From an uncultured Candidatus Saccharibacteria bacterium (lineage in GTDB: Bacteria > Patescibacteriota > Minisyncoccia > Phycocordibacterales > JAACPR01): a stretch of 64,000 bases of DNA. Within the stretch, counting starts at the first letter, position 1. Each line of letters begins with the position of its first letter. The stretch is taken from NCBI GenBank assembly GCA_964538855.1, contig CAZIEY010000001.1, positions 245,389-309,388 on the forward strand, written 5' to 3'. The notes beneath the pieces were generated by a model. The model did not search any database and was not told where the DNA came from. It saw only the letters and a program-made list of their open reading frames with translations. The position numbers and the translations under genes were made by a program. Shown here in pieces: positions 9,777 through 19,028 of this stretch.

Positions 9777-10865
9777 ATGTCAGATAAAAAAACAAACAAA
9801 AAACACGATTATAAAGTTTTGAGCAAGGACGAAAAACAAAAAGTTGCGACCTTAGAAATTGAATTGCCTGCCACAGCTCTAGAATCACACAAGGACAAGG
9901 CTCTCAAAAACCTCAGTAAACACATAGAGTTAAAAGGTTTCCGCAAAGGCACCGCTCCGGCCAAAATGGTCGAAGAAACCGTTGGACCAATGCATGTATT
10001 GGAAGAAATGGCACAACTTGCAATTTACGATGTTTTGCCGAACGTTATCGAAAACGAAAAAATCGAAGCCCTTCTCCAGCCGCGCATCGCTGTGACAAAA
10101 ATTGCTGCGGGTAATCCACTCGTATTCAAGGCGGAATTTGTGCTCGTACCCGACATCAAATTAGCTGACTACAAAAAGGTTGCGAAATCTGTCCCGGTAG
10201 AAAAAGACACCAAAATCACCGATAAAGAAATCGAGGAATACATTCAGTACCTTAGAAAATCTCGTGGTGAGGCGGAACATATGCGCCGCAAGACTTCAGC
10301 CGATGCAAAAGAACGTGAATTAGCTCTCGAATTAAAAGAAGCTCCCCTTCCTGAATTTAATGACGAATTTGTAAAAACTCTCGGTGATTTCAAAAACGCA
10401 GAAGAATTCAAAAAAGTTCTCAGCGAAAATATGCAAAAAGAGAAGGAAAACAAAGCTGCGCAAAAACGCCGACTTGAAATCATGGAGAAAATTATCGAAG
10501 CTTCTAAAATCGATTTGCCCGAAGTCATGATCGAAGATGAATTACATCGCATGATGCACCAATTCAGAGATGACATAGAGGCTGCGAAAATTGATTTTGC
10601 TGACTACATGAAGGAAATCAAAAAAACCGAGGACGATATGAAAAAAGAGTGGCGCCCTGACGCAATCAAGCGCGTCATGATGAATTTAATTGTGCCGAAA
10701 ATCGCGCTCGAAGAAAAAATCGAAGCTGACAAAAAACAAGTCGCGCATGAAGTCAAACACCTCCGAGAACATCACAAAGATCTCGATGAAGCCAAAGCAA
10801 CTGCGTACGTCTCATACATGCTGCGCAATGACGCCGTGTTTGCATTTCTTGAATCTATTAAATAA
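9777..10865 (+). CDS. tig: Trigger factor (short form, 362 aa)
   Basis: N-terminal ribosome-binding signature GFRKGTAP and the conserved tig-clpP order. Confidence 0.75.
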   Translation: MSDKKTNKKHDYKVLSKDEKQKVATLEIELPATALESHKDKALKNLSKHIELKGFRKGTAPAKMVEETVGPMHVLEEMAQLAIYDVLPNVIENEKIEALLQPRIAVTKIAAGNPLVFKAEFVLVPDIKLADYKKVAKSVPVEKDTKITDKEIEEYIQYLRKSRGEAEHMRRKTSADAKERELALELKEAPLPEFNDEFVKTLGDFKNAEEFKKVLSENMQKEKENKAAQKRRLEIMEKIIEASKIDLPEVMIEDELHRMMHQFRDDIEAAKIDFADYMKEIKKTEDDMKKEWRPDAIKRVMMNLIVPKIALEEKIEADKKQVAHEVKHLREHHKDLDEAKATAYVSYMLRNDAVFAFLESIK

Positions 10866-10893
10866 GCTATAATCAAACCTAACCACACATATT

Positions 10894-11475
10894 ATGTTAA
10901 TCCCAACCGTAATCGAGAAATCACAATTCGGCGAGCGTGCGTATGATATTTATTCGCGACTTCTCAAAGACAATATTATCTTTTTGAGCGGACCTATCGA
11001 CGATCATGTCGCAAACATTGTCATCGCGCAATTGCTATTTTTACAATCCGAAGATTCCAAAAAAGACATTTCGCTCTACATCAATTCACCGGGTGGTTCG
11101 ATCAGCGCAGGTCTTGCGATTATCGACGCGATGAATTACATCAAAAACGACATTACGACTGTTTGTGTTGGAATGGCTGCATCTATGGGTGCCGTTATTT
11201 TGTCAGCTGGTAAAAAAGGCAAGCGCTTCATTTTACCAAATGCCGAAGTCATGATTCATCAACCGCATGGTGGTGCCGAAGGTCAAGCTTCTGATATCGA
11301 AATCAGCGCGAAACGAATTATCAAAAGCCGCGAGACTTTGAATAAAATGCTCGCGAAAAACACCGGGCAGCCTCTCGCTCGAGTGGAAAAAGATGCCGAC
11401 CGAGACTTCTTTATGTCAGCCGAAGAAGCGAAAAAGTACGGCATTATCGACAAGATTTTGGTGGTTACGAAATAA
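10894..11475 (+). CDS. clpP: ATP-dependent Clp protease proteolytic subunit
   Basis: 193 aa with the Ser-His-Asp triad context (GMAASMGA..., MIHQP). Confidence 0.9.
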   Translation: MLIPTVIEKSQFGERAYDIYSRLLKDNIIFLSGPIDDHVANIVIAQLLFLQSEDSKKDISLYINSPGGSISAGLAIIDAMNYIKNDITTVCVGMAASMGAVILSAGKKGKRFILPNAEVMIHQPHGGAEGQASDIEISAKRIIKSRETLNKMLAKNTGQPLARVEKDADRDFFMSAEEAKKYGIIDKILVVTK

Positions 11476-11488
11476 ATTTTTTAAACGA

Positions 11489-11520
11489 AAAGCCCCGCAT
11501 ATATCTCGCGGGGCTTTTTC
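11489..11520. terminator. Bidirectional rho-independent terminator between clpP and pheA
   Basis: AAGCCCCGC...GCGGGGCTT stem with T-runs on both strands. Confidence 0.6.
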
Positions 11521-12393
11521 CTATGTAGAAAGAACTTGAAACGGTCCAAAAGTAATGTGCTTTACAACTGCACGTTCAAACTCTTGGAGCGCTTCATTGA
11601 AAGAACTAATTCTCCTTTGCTCCACCTCGACCTCGATGGCAAAATCATACGTGCCGTTATTCACATGCACAGAATGAATCTGCATCAAGTTCAAACCGCG
11701 TTTTTCCCACGGCTCCAAAGCGCGAACAAGTGCGCCTGGCGCATCAGCGGTTCGAAACACAATCAGCGCTCGATTCTGTTCTCCGATCACACGACCACAC
11801 GCAGTCGATCCAAGCAAGAAAAACGTGGTGATAGCCGTCGCATCTTCACACGCATCCGCGACGATATTCAAGCCGAACTTTTCCGCTGCCGAAATAGGCC
11901 CGAGCGCAGCCCATGTACCGAAACCAGAATCTTCTGCGACCATGCGTGCAGCCTCTCCGTTACTGGTCGCTTCTTTGGTAGGCACCTCCAGTCGGCCCAC
12001 ATTCCCCCTACACGCACCCAGAGCCTTTGGATGGGCCACCACACCTGTCACCTGTGACAGTGCCACACCGGCTCGAGCCATCAGACAGAAGCTCAGTTTC
12101 ATTTTCAACGCACGAATAACTGAAAAAGGTCTCGTACTGTTGTCATAATTACCGAGCAATCCAATGAAAGCTTCGAGTGGCTCAGCGACACGGCCCTGCG
12201 CGGCGGTTTCCATTGCAATCGCACCAAAACCTCCATGCTGTACAATCGCTTCAATCACCTTCGGATTGGTAGGAACGGGCTGATAATCCGCCTCTTTTCC
12301 AATCGGAGCCCCATATTCAGTTGCCAGTCTGTGATAAGCAACATCAGAAAACGTCGCTCCCAGAGGACCCAAAAACGTCACGCGATTATTCAT
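11521..12393 (-). CDS. pheA: Prephenate dehydratase (PDT plus ACT domain)
   Basis: 290 aa with N-terminal VTFLGPLGATFSDVA, TTFFLLG and a C-terminal ACT domain. GC is somewhat above the local mean. Confidence 0.8.
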   Translation of the reverse strand: MNNRVTFLGPLGATFSDVAYHRLATEYGAPIGKEADYQPVPTNPKVIEAIVQHGGFGAIAMETAAQGRVAEPLEAFIGLLGNYDNSTRPFSVIRALKMKLSFCLMARAGVALSQVTGVVAHPKALGACRGNVGRLEVPTKEATSNGEAARMVAEDSGFGTWAALGPISAAEKFGLNIVADACEDATAITTFFLLGSTACGRVIGEQNRALIVFRTADAPGALVRALEPWEKRGLNLMQIHSVHVNNGTYDFAIEVEVEQRRISSFNEALQEFERAVVKHITFGPFQVLST

Positions 12394-12440
12394 ACTCTCC
12401 TCCTTACGTTGCGCTTGCGCGCGGTTTGTGGTTTAAGCCT

Positions 12441-12476
12441 AAAAACAAAAATCCGCCACCCGGAGTGGGTGACGGT
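12441..12476 (-). promoter_or_regulatory. Terminator-like hairpin plus U-run in the pheA 5' leader (candidate attenuator)
   Basis: On the minus strand, CCGTCACCCACTCCGGGTGGCGG is followed by ATTTTTGTTTTT, about 50 nt upstream of the pheA ATG. Confidence 0.35.
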
Positions 12477-12649
12477 TGTTTTCAAACTTGTGATACGACA
12501 CTAATTCACCCCTCGGATGTCCGAATTTGAGAAATTAGATGTGAAAAATGAATTTGTATGTATCACAGGTGTATATAATATCAAAAAAAGTGACCTTGCA
12601 AAACCCCCTCCAAAAGCATAGTATTCATTTGTAATACACTCATAAAACC

Positions 12650-14179
12650 ATGCAATTAATCATCGTTTTACTCATTGCAGCAGCGTCAGGGCTCGCCGGT
12701 ATCGCGGTAGGATGGTTTTTACGCTTTATTATTGCACTCGGACGACGCGGTTCAATGGAGCTCGAGATCAAAGAAATGATGCTCACTGCGCGTGAACAAG
12801 CCGAAAAAATCACGTCGCTTGCAGAAAAAAAGGCTGAAACAATCATCGCCGAATCGCGCGCCCAAGCCAAAAAAGAAGAAGATCGCATTCAGAAAACCGA
12901 AGATCGCCTCATCAACAAAGAGGCGCTGCTCGACAAACGTCAAATTGACCTCGACGCGGAATTTGAAAATCAAAAGGAAAAATACGCAGAAATCGAAGCT
13001 TTGCGTGTGAAACTCGAAAACGAAATCGACAAAAAAACTGAGGAGTTGCAAAAAATCGCCGATGTTTCACGCGAGGACGCCAAAAAAATGCTTCTCGAAC
13101 AGCTTGAAAAAGACTATTCCGAGGATTTGGCGGTGCGCATTCAGAAATTAAGCACTTCAAATCGCGACACTATGGACAAAAAAGCCAAGGAAATTCTCGC
13201 GGCTGCGATCCAGCGCCTCGGGACAGCAGTACCAGCCGACATTTTCTCCTCGGTCATTGATTTGAAAAACGAGGAAATCAAAGGAAAAATCATCGGAAAA
13301 GAAGGGCGAAACATCAAAACATTTGAACGCCTCACAGGGGTTGAGATTTTGATAGATGACACCCCTGGCATTATTACCCTTTCTTCATATGATCCGGTGC
13401 GCCGGGAAATCGCCAAAGTCGCCCTGGAAAGCCTCATTCAAGACGGTCGCATTCAACCTGCCAAAATCGAACATTATATTGAAAAAGCTCAAAAGGAAGT
13501 CAATGAAATCATTCGCAAACAAGGTGAAAAGGCTGCCTACGAATGCGGAGTCTTTGACTTGGACCCTAAATTACTCGTTATTTTAGGCCGTCTCCATTAT
13601 CGAACGAGCTTCGGTCAAAACATTTTGCAACACTCTATTGAAATGGCACATTTGGCCGGTATGATTGCCGAAGAACTGGGTGCAGACGTAAAAATCGCAA
13701 AAGCAGGCGCATTATTACACGATATTGGTAAAGCAATCGATCACGAAGTCGCCGGCTCTCACCTCGAAATCGGACGACGCATTTTGCAGAAATTCAACGT
13801 CGATGAACGTATTATCAAAGCAATGCAAGCCCATCACGAAACATATCCATTCGAAACTGTTGAATCAATTATCGTATATGTGTGTGATCATATTTCAGGA
13901 GGTCGCCCAGGCGCACGACGCGATAATGCAGAAAATTACATCAAGCGACTTTCAGACCTCGAAGCTATTGCCAACTCATTCGAAGGTGTGGTGAAATCAT
14001 ACGCTATCCAAGCGGGTCGTGAGATACGCATTTTCGTCAATCCAGAGGCCGTCAGCGATACCGAAGCAGCCAAAATAGCTCGAAATATAGCCCTTAAAAT
14101 AGAAAAAGAGATAAAATACCCTGGCGAAATTCGCATCACTGTTATACGCGAAAACAAGATTGTTGAATTTGCTCGATAA
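12650..14179 (+). CDS. rny: Ribonuclease Y
   Basis: 509 aa with an N-terminal TM, coiled coil, KH domain and HD domain (HSIEMAHLAG...LHDIGK). Confidence 0.85.
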   Translation: MQLIIVLLIAAASGLAGIAVGWFLRFIIALGRRGSMELEIKEMMLTAREQAEKITSLAEKKAETIIAESRAQAKKEEDRIQKTEDRLINKEALLDKRQIDLDAEFENQKEKYAEIEALRVKLENEIDKKTEELQKIADVSREDAKKMLLEQLEKDYSEDLAVRIQKLSTSNRDTMDKKAKEILAAAIQRLGTAVPADIFSSVIDLKNEEIKGKIIGKEGRNIKTFERLTGVEILIDDTPGIITLSSYDPVRREIAKVALESLIQDGRIQPAKIEHYIEKAQKEVNEIIRKQGEKAAYECGVFDLDPKLLVILGRLHYRTSFGQNILQHSIEMAHLAGMIAEELGADVKIAKAGALLHDIGKAIDHEVAGSHLEIGRRILQKFNVDERIIKAMQAHHETYPFETVESIIVYVCDHISGGRPGARRDNAENYIKRLSDLEAIANSFEGVVKSYAIQAGREIRIFVNPEAVSDTEAAKIARNIALKIEKEIKYPGEIRITVIRENKIVEFAR

Positions 14180-14292
14180 TGTGGGGTGCTTGCATTCTGT
14201 TGCTACAAAAACCCTTATTTTATATAATGTTTGGGTGCGCAATGAGAAGCTAACAAGGCACTTTTATTAAAATAACTTCACGAATAAAAACC

Positions 14293-14565
14293 ATGAATAA
14301 AGCAAGCTTAGTTGATGTAATCCACGGAGTACTCGGTGGAACAAAAGTTCAAGCAGAACAAGTTGTTGATACACTTTTCGACACAATCACTGCATCTTTG
14401 AAAAAAGGTGAAGAAGTATCAGTAGCAGGTTTCGGAATCTTTTCAGTAAAAGACCGAGCAGCTCGAACAGCTCGAAACCCACGAACTGGCGAAACTGTAC
14501 AAGTTGCCGCTATGAAAGTTCCAAAGTTCAAGGCTGCTAAGGCTTTGAAAGATTCAGTTAAATAA
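14293..14565 (+). CDS. hup: DNA-binding protein HU
   Basis: 90 aa with the GFGxF...RNPxTGE HU signature. Confidence 0.85.
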   Translation: MNKASLVDVIHGVLGGTKVQAEQVVDTLFDTITASLKKGEEVSVAGFGIFSVKDRAARTARNPRTGETVQVAAMKVPKFKAAKALKDSVK

Positions 14566-14605
14566 GACTGTCTCCCGCGCGGTGCACTATGTGCCGAGCA
14601 TAAAC

Positions 14606-14640
14606 AAAAACCCCGCCGTGATGGTGGGGTTTTTGTTTGT
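14606..14640 (+). terminator. Rho-independent terminator after hup
   Basis: AAAAACCCCGCC...GGTGGGGTTTTTGTTTG. Confidence 0.55.
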
Positions 14641-14754
14641 TTGCTTTTATAAAATACTTTGGCTAGACTGACAAAGGAGTCGATTTTATCGACAAGCTTC
14701 ACACACAGCTAAAGTGTGCAAATGAACACTGACAACGCATTGGAGGATTATCTC

Positions 14755-15696
14755 ATGATCAGGTTTTCGAATGGACATCAATTTGAGTACATGACCGCAG
14801 GTGGAGCACTCGGCTTCGACGGTCGTGGCTGGATGTGGGAATGGCCGTTGAAATGGTGCGGGCTAATGAAGCCTCGCCTCTTCACGATCGTTCTGCGAAC
14901 CCTAACTTCAGACCCACGAACATGGAACACTGATCCGGCGGCAAACTTGTCCTGGATTCGTCCGTGGACTTGGTTGCCCTGGAGTCCGTGGTCCTGCGTT
15001 CGGTTCTTGCCGAACGGTGGCGCAGTCAACAAGGTCGGTCTTTATAACCCCGGCATTGATTGGTGGTGCAATGAAGTTGCGCCACATCTCGACTACGCAA
15101 ACCAACCTCTGGTCGGTTCAATCTTTGGGAACGAAGACGAACTGGTCCCGATGGCGCACCGAATGGACGCCTACGATCTAGTTGGACTTGAAGTCAACTG
15201 TTCCTGCCCGAACTCTGGGCACAGAATGGACGCGGTGGCCAAAGTGGTGGAGGGAGTGTCTGCAGTGAAGGCCAGGTCTCGACATCCCATCATTGTTAAG
15301 GTCTCCGTTGATCAAGATTACATCGCCATCGCACGCGGACTCAAAGGAATTGCGGAAGCGATCTCCCTGAACAGTGTTCCCTGGAACACTGCGTTTCCAG
15401 GAGGGGCGTGCAAAACCCCTCTCTGGAGACTTGAAAAGCGAGTCAAGGGTGGAGGTGGCGGTGTGTCCGGGAAACCGGCACAACGAGCCAACTGGAAAGC
15501 TGTCGAGGAATTGGCGGCTGACGGTTCGCTTCCTGTTATTGGGCCAAGCATCATGGAATACGAAGACATGGATCGTGTCCGGACTCTCGGCGCAAAAGCC
15601 GTGAGTTTCGGCGCGATTCACCTTCGCACTCCATGGAGGCCAACGCAATTCGTTGAAAGAGAAACCCTGAAACAGAAAGGACAAGGTGGAGTATGA
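14755..15696 (+). CDS. pyrD: Dihydroorotate dehydrogenase family protein (class-1-like, Cys in the SCPN motif). The N-terminal third is unusually Trp-rich.
   Basis: GGAGGA SD precedes the ATG at 14755. Motifs GFDGRG, KPRLF, NKVGLYNPG, LEVNCSCPNSG and the GGGGVSG...GPSIMEYED tail match DHODH. The gene is about 57% GC. Confidence 0.65.
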   Translation: MIRFSNGHQFEYMTAGGALGFDGRGWMWEWPLKWCGLMKPRLFTIVLRTLTSDPRTWNTDPAANLSWIRPWTWLPWSPWSCVRFLPNGGAVNKVGLYNPGIDWWCNEVAPHLDYANQPLVGSIFGNEDELVPMAHRMDAYDLVGLEVNCSCPNSGHRMDAVAKVVEGVSAVKARSRHPIIVKVSVDQDYIAIARGLKGIAEAISLNSVPWNTAFPGGACKTPLWRLEKRVKGGGGGVSGKPAQRANWKAVEELAADGSLPVIGPSIMEYEDMDRVRTLGAKAVSFGAIHLRTPWRPTQFVERETLKQKGQGGV

Positions 15697-16742
15697 GCAA
15701 AGTACAACTGAGGATTCGCAGGTGGTTTGAGCGCCACTTGCACGTTCGCGATGGTGCGATGATGAGCGCAGTACTCCCGTGCACGATTCAACAACGTGCG
15801 ACGGGAGCGATCATCATGCCGAATCTACAGCCCGACCCGATCACCACGATCGAAAGGGCAGAGGCCTATCGTGATCGGATTCTGGCCGCTCGCGGCGACT
15901 CCGACTTTGTGCCATGCATGACCTGCTATCTGACGGATCACACCGATCCCGAAGAAGTCGTGAGAGGTTTCAAAGGAGGCGTCTGGCGAGCAGTGAAACT
16001 CTACATGGCCAATCAACAAGGCCAAGGTGGAACCACTGGTTCGGCACATGGCGTGAGAGATCTACTCAGCCGCTACTCGGTGTTTGAAGCAATGGAAGAA
16101 CATCAAATTCCACTGCTCGGACATTTTGAAGCGGTTGAGGACGATGTTGACGAATTCGATCGCGAGATCGTCTCCGTTGACCGCGATCTCGCGCCCATTC
16201 TGGGGCATTTCCCGAAATTGCCGGTGGTCTTTGAGCACCTCACGGACGGACGCGCAGCGGAATATGTCGCCTCGCTCGGTGACAACGTCAATGCCACAGT
16301 GACGGCGCATCATCTCATGATCAATCGGAATGCAATGTTTGCGGGAGGAATGAATCCTACCAACTACTGCAGACCGGTGCCGAAACGTGAGAAACACCGC
16401 CTGAAGGTTCGCAAGTATGTGACGGATGGAAACAAACATTTCGGAGCAGGGACTGACTCTGCGCCACATGATGTTTCCAAAAAATCACAGCCTTGTGGCT
16501 GTGCTGCGGGAATATTCACCGCACCGAATGCTGTGGAACTGTACACTCAGGTGTTCGACGAGGACGGCGCGCTCGACAAACTCGCAGCGTTTCTCTCGGA
16601 AAATTTCCTGGACATCTACGGCATGAAGCCCAGCGATCAGATGATGGTCATTGAGCGGAAACCTTTCGAGGTGCCCGACACAGTGAACAACGTCAAAGTC
16701 TTCAAGGGTGGTGAGGTCCTCCCCTGGAAACTCGTTGGGTGA
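15693..16742 (+). CDS. pyrC: Dihydroorotase, type II (E. coli PyrC-like)
   Basis: 349 aa aligns end-to-end by eye with E. coli PyrC (HLHVRDG, IMPNL, MTCYLTD, VFEHLT, GTDSAPH, CGCAG). ATGA overlap with pyrD. GC-rich. Confidence 0.85.
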   Translation: MSKVQLRIRRWFERHLHVRDGAMMSAVLPCTIQQRATGAIIMPNLQPDPITTIERAEAYRDRILAARGDSDFVPCMTCYLTDHTDPEEVVRGFKGGVWRAVKLYMANQQGQGGTTGSAHGVRDLLSRYSVFEAMEEHQIPLLGHFEAVEDDVDEFDREIVSVDRDLAPILGHFPKLPVVFEHLTDGRAAEYVASLGDNVNATVTAHHLMINRNAMFAGGMNPTNYCRPVPKREKHRLKVRKYVTDGNKHFGAGTDSAPHDVSKKSQPCGCAAGIFTAPNAVELYTQVFDEDGALDKLAAFLSENFLDIYGMKPSDQMMVIERKPFEVPDTVNNVKVFKGGEVLPWKLVG

Positions 16743-16843
16743 AATCCCCAGTTCTTTAGACCTCGAACTCCGGCCACTTGCAAAAGTGCGTCCGGGGTTC
16801 TTTATTTTTATACCTAATCAAATAAAAATTGTGTTTGAAAAAT

Positions 16844-16917
16844 TGGTGCGGGCAGGGAGAATCGAACTCCCGTCTACTGCTTGGAAGGCAGTCATTCTAC
16901 CACTAAACCATGCCCGC
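16844..16917 (-). tRNA. tRNA-Gly(TCC), CCA encoded
   Basis: Cloverleaf folds by hand: acceptor GCGGGCA/TGCCCGC, anticodon loop CTTCCAA, T-loop TTCGATT. Confidence 0.85.
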
Positions 16918-16985
16918 GATTAGAAAAATATAGCAGGAAACGAACTTTTATTCAACTCCTTAATCTCTCTGTGTCTCTGAAATTT

Positions 16986-17123
16986 TACATGACTTACATA
17001 TGATTTTTAAGTGGGCTTTCGGAGGACGTTCGGTTTCTCCCAAGTAACGTCCGAGAACGAGCTGAGTTTTTCCGATAGGAAAAACTACAGCGTACCAATC
17101 AAAAATCATATGTAAGTCATGTA
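16986..17123. repeat. Inverted-repeat-bounded element: 23-bp perfect IR, or a 21-bp terminal inverted repeat CATGACTTACATATGATTTTT flanked by TA on both sides (MITE-like).
   Basis: Left arm 16986-17008 equals the reverse complement of right arm 17101-17123 exactly. The 92-nt interior has internal hairpins. It sits in the promoter/5' region of the 17147 gene. Confidence 0.5.
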
Positions 17124-17146
17124 GAATTTCTGATATACTCTATTTC

Positions 17147-18451
17147 ATGCCACTTCTCGTTCGAATAATTGCCCAGCGCGCACTCGTCGGTATCGGTGCA
17201 GTTATGACCTTTTTTGGAATTGCACCAGAAGCACACATCCCAGACAAAACTCAAATTGTCGCGCAGGTTGAGGAGCGCCAAAACATCATCGTAGAAACTG
17301 TTACAGGTTCTGTCCAAGATAACAACAAAAAACCTGATGAAGTTCCACCGCTCTCGCCTGCCCCAACAGATCCTGTAGTGCCAGCTCGACAAAATCCGAT
17401 TCAAACACAAACTCCAGCTAACCCTCCGAAATTTACCTCGGTTACTGTTCAAACTCCAATTCAAACAAACTTAGAAGAAATCACCGAAACCATTCGAACC
17501 GAAATCGAACATTCAATAGAAGAAATTATTCGCCCCGAAGAGAGACCAGAACCAATTCCGACACCAACACAAGTTCCGCAACCAGAACCGGTACGCAAAC
17601 CTGATCCAGAACCAGAAAAACCAGCATTTTCATCTGACCTCGCGAGCGTCCTCGTAAACATCATTTGCACCCACACAAACGGATCTGCAACAACTGCCTC
17701 AACCGGGAGCGGAGTTATCGTGTCCCCTAGCGGCGTCGTACTCACAAATGCCCACGTCGCGCAATATTTTCTTCTGAAAAACTATTCGCGTCCAAACTTC
17801 CAAACTTGCGCCCTTTATCAGGAAAATATTCCAAATTACGGCTTCAGAGCAGATATTTTATATATTCAACCAGAGTGGGTTAACAAACATTACGACACTA
17901 TCGTCAGCAAAAATCCACGCGGAACCGGCGAGGATGATTATGCGTTTCTAATCATCACCGGCAACACAAACCCAGGACTTTCCCTTCCATCAAAATTCAA
18001 CTACGCACCAATTTCGACGAGCGAGTCTAATTACGATATCGACACAAACATTGATGTCGGAGGTTTCCCTGGTGCACCTGCTTCTATTTTAGACTTGGCC
18101 CGAGCAGGAAGTCTCAAGACCGACAGTACCACAATCACTGATGTCTTTACTCTCGAGAAAAATTCGGTCGACGTCATTTCTACCGACACCACGCCTGTGG
18201 CCCAAAGAGGTGCCTCTGGTGGTGGAGTTTTCCGAAATGGTGAATTGATCGGAATCACTGTCACAACATCAGGAAGCGGTCGAAATGCGAAAATTAACGC
18301 CCTTACTACCGGCTACATCAACCGCGATTTGCGTTCCGACATCGGCACCAGTATTTCTGCCTTTATTTCCGGCGATGTACGCGGACGATCTGCACGATTT
18401 ATACAAGAAGAGTTGCCGGCGCTCGCTGAACTATTGGGTGGGCAGTTGTAA
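17147..18451 (+). CDS. Secreted trypsin-like serine peptidase domain protein with a Pro/Thr-rich linker
   Basis: N-terminal TM/signal. The C-terminal half carries VLTNAHVAQ (His box) and GASGGGVF (Ser box) spacing typical of the S1 family. Confidence 0.55.
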   Translation: MPLLVRIIAQRALVGIGAVMTFFGIAPEAHIPDKTQIVAQVEERQNIIVETVTGSVQDNNKKPDEVPPLSPAPTDPVVPARQNPIQTQTPANPPKFTSVTVQTPIQTNLEEITETIRTEIEHSIEEIIRPEERPEPIPTPTQVPQPEPVRKPDPEPEKPAFSSDLASVLVNIICTHTNGSATTASTGSGVIVSPSGVVLTNAHVAQYFLLKNYSRPNFQTCALYQENIPNYGFRADILYIQPEWVNKHYDTIVSKNPRGTGEDDYAFLIITGNTNPGLSLPSKFNYAPISTSESNYDIDTNIDVGGFPGAPASILDLARAGSLKTDSTTITDVFTLEKNSVDVISTDTTPVAQRGASGGGVFRNGELIGITVTTSGSGRNAKINALTTGYINRDLRSDIGTSISAFISGDVRGRSARFIQEELPALAELLGGQL

Positions 18452-18461
18452 GCTATAATTA

Positions 18462-18488
18462 AACCCCGCTTTATTATTTCGCGGGGTT
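18462..18488. terminator. Weak bidirectional terminator hairpin between convergent genes
   Basis: AACCCCGC...GCGGGGTT, with poor T-runs. Confidence 0.35.
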
Positions 18489-18519
18489 ATGAAAACGATT
18501 TTATACTCTTCGATTTGCT

Positions 18520-18834
18520 TTATTTTCGTTTGAAACGGGGATTTATCTCGCCAATTCGTTCAAAGATGTCAAGCGCAGGAAAAACCACATATAACCCCAT
18601 AAAGAATCGGTACGTATAAATCTCAACCATAGAGTCAATATCATCTCCAGAAATAAAACTCCTCATGTTAGCTATGTATTCGGGGACAAGAATAACTAAA
18701 GGAATGATCGAGAATGCCGATACAAAAATCCATGGCACTATGTCATTCATAAACATCCTCTTCGGCAAAAAGAATGTCGACCAGAAACCAAACCAAATCG
18801 CGCAAACAACAATATCAAAGATAGGCATTTTCAT
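18520..18834 (-). CDS. Small integral membrane protein, hypothetical
   Basis: 104 aa with 3 predicted TM helices. Confidence 0.4.
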   Translation of the reverse strand: MKMPIFDIVVCAIWFGFWSTFFLPKRMFMNDIVPWIFVSAFSIIPLVILVPEYIANMRSFISGDDIDSMVEIYTYRFFMGLYVVFPALDIFERIGEINPRFKRK

Positions 18835-19028
18835 GCTCCTACATTTCCTGGCTAAACACCATGTTTAACCTTCCCCAACATAATAGCATTTAAAATGTAA
18901 TTAGTCAATATATATCGACATAAATACACTTTAAATAGTCATATTTATCAATCTATTCATACTTATCAACAAAATATTGTGGAAACATATCGACACAGTT
19001 TACTTTTTAGAGTACAATAGAACCAATC

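Noticed and set aside
12321-12530. 69-aa plus-strand ORF in the pheA upstream region
   Set aside because: It lies within the divergent promoter and leader region, has no SD and no homology. The interval is better explained as a regulatory leader.
18462-18488. Strong terminator call between the protease gene and the small membrane protein gene
   Set aside because: The hairpin is present but both flanking T-runs are poor. It is kept only as a low-confidence feature.
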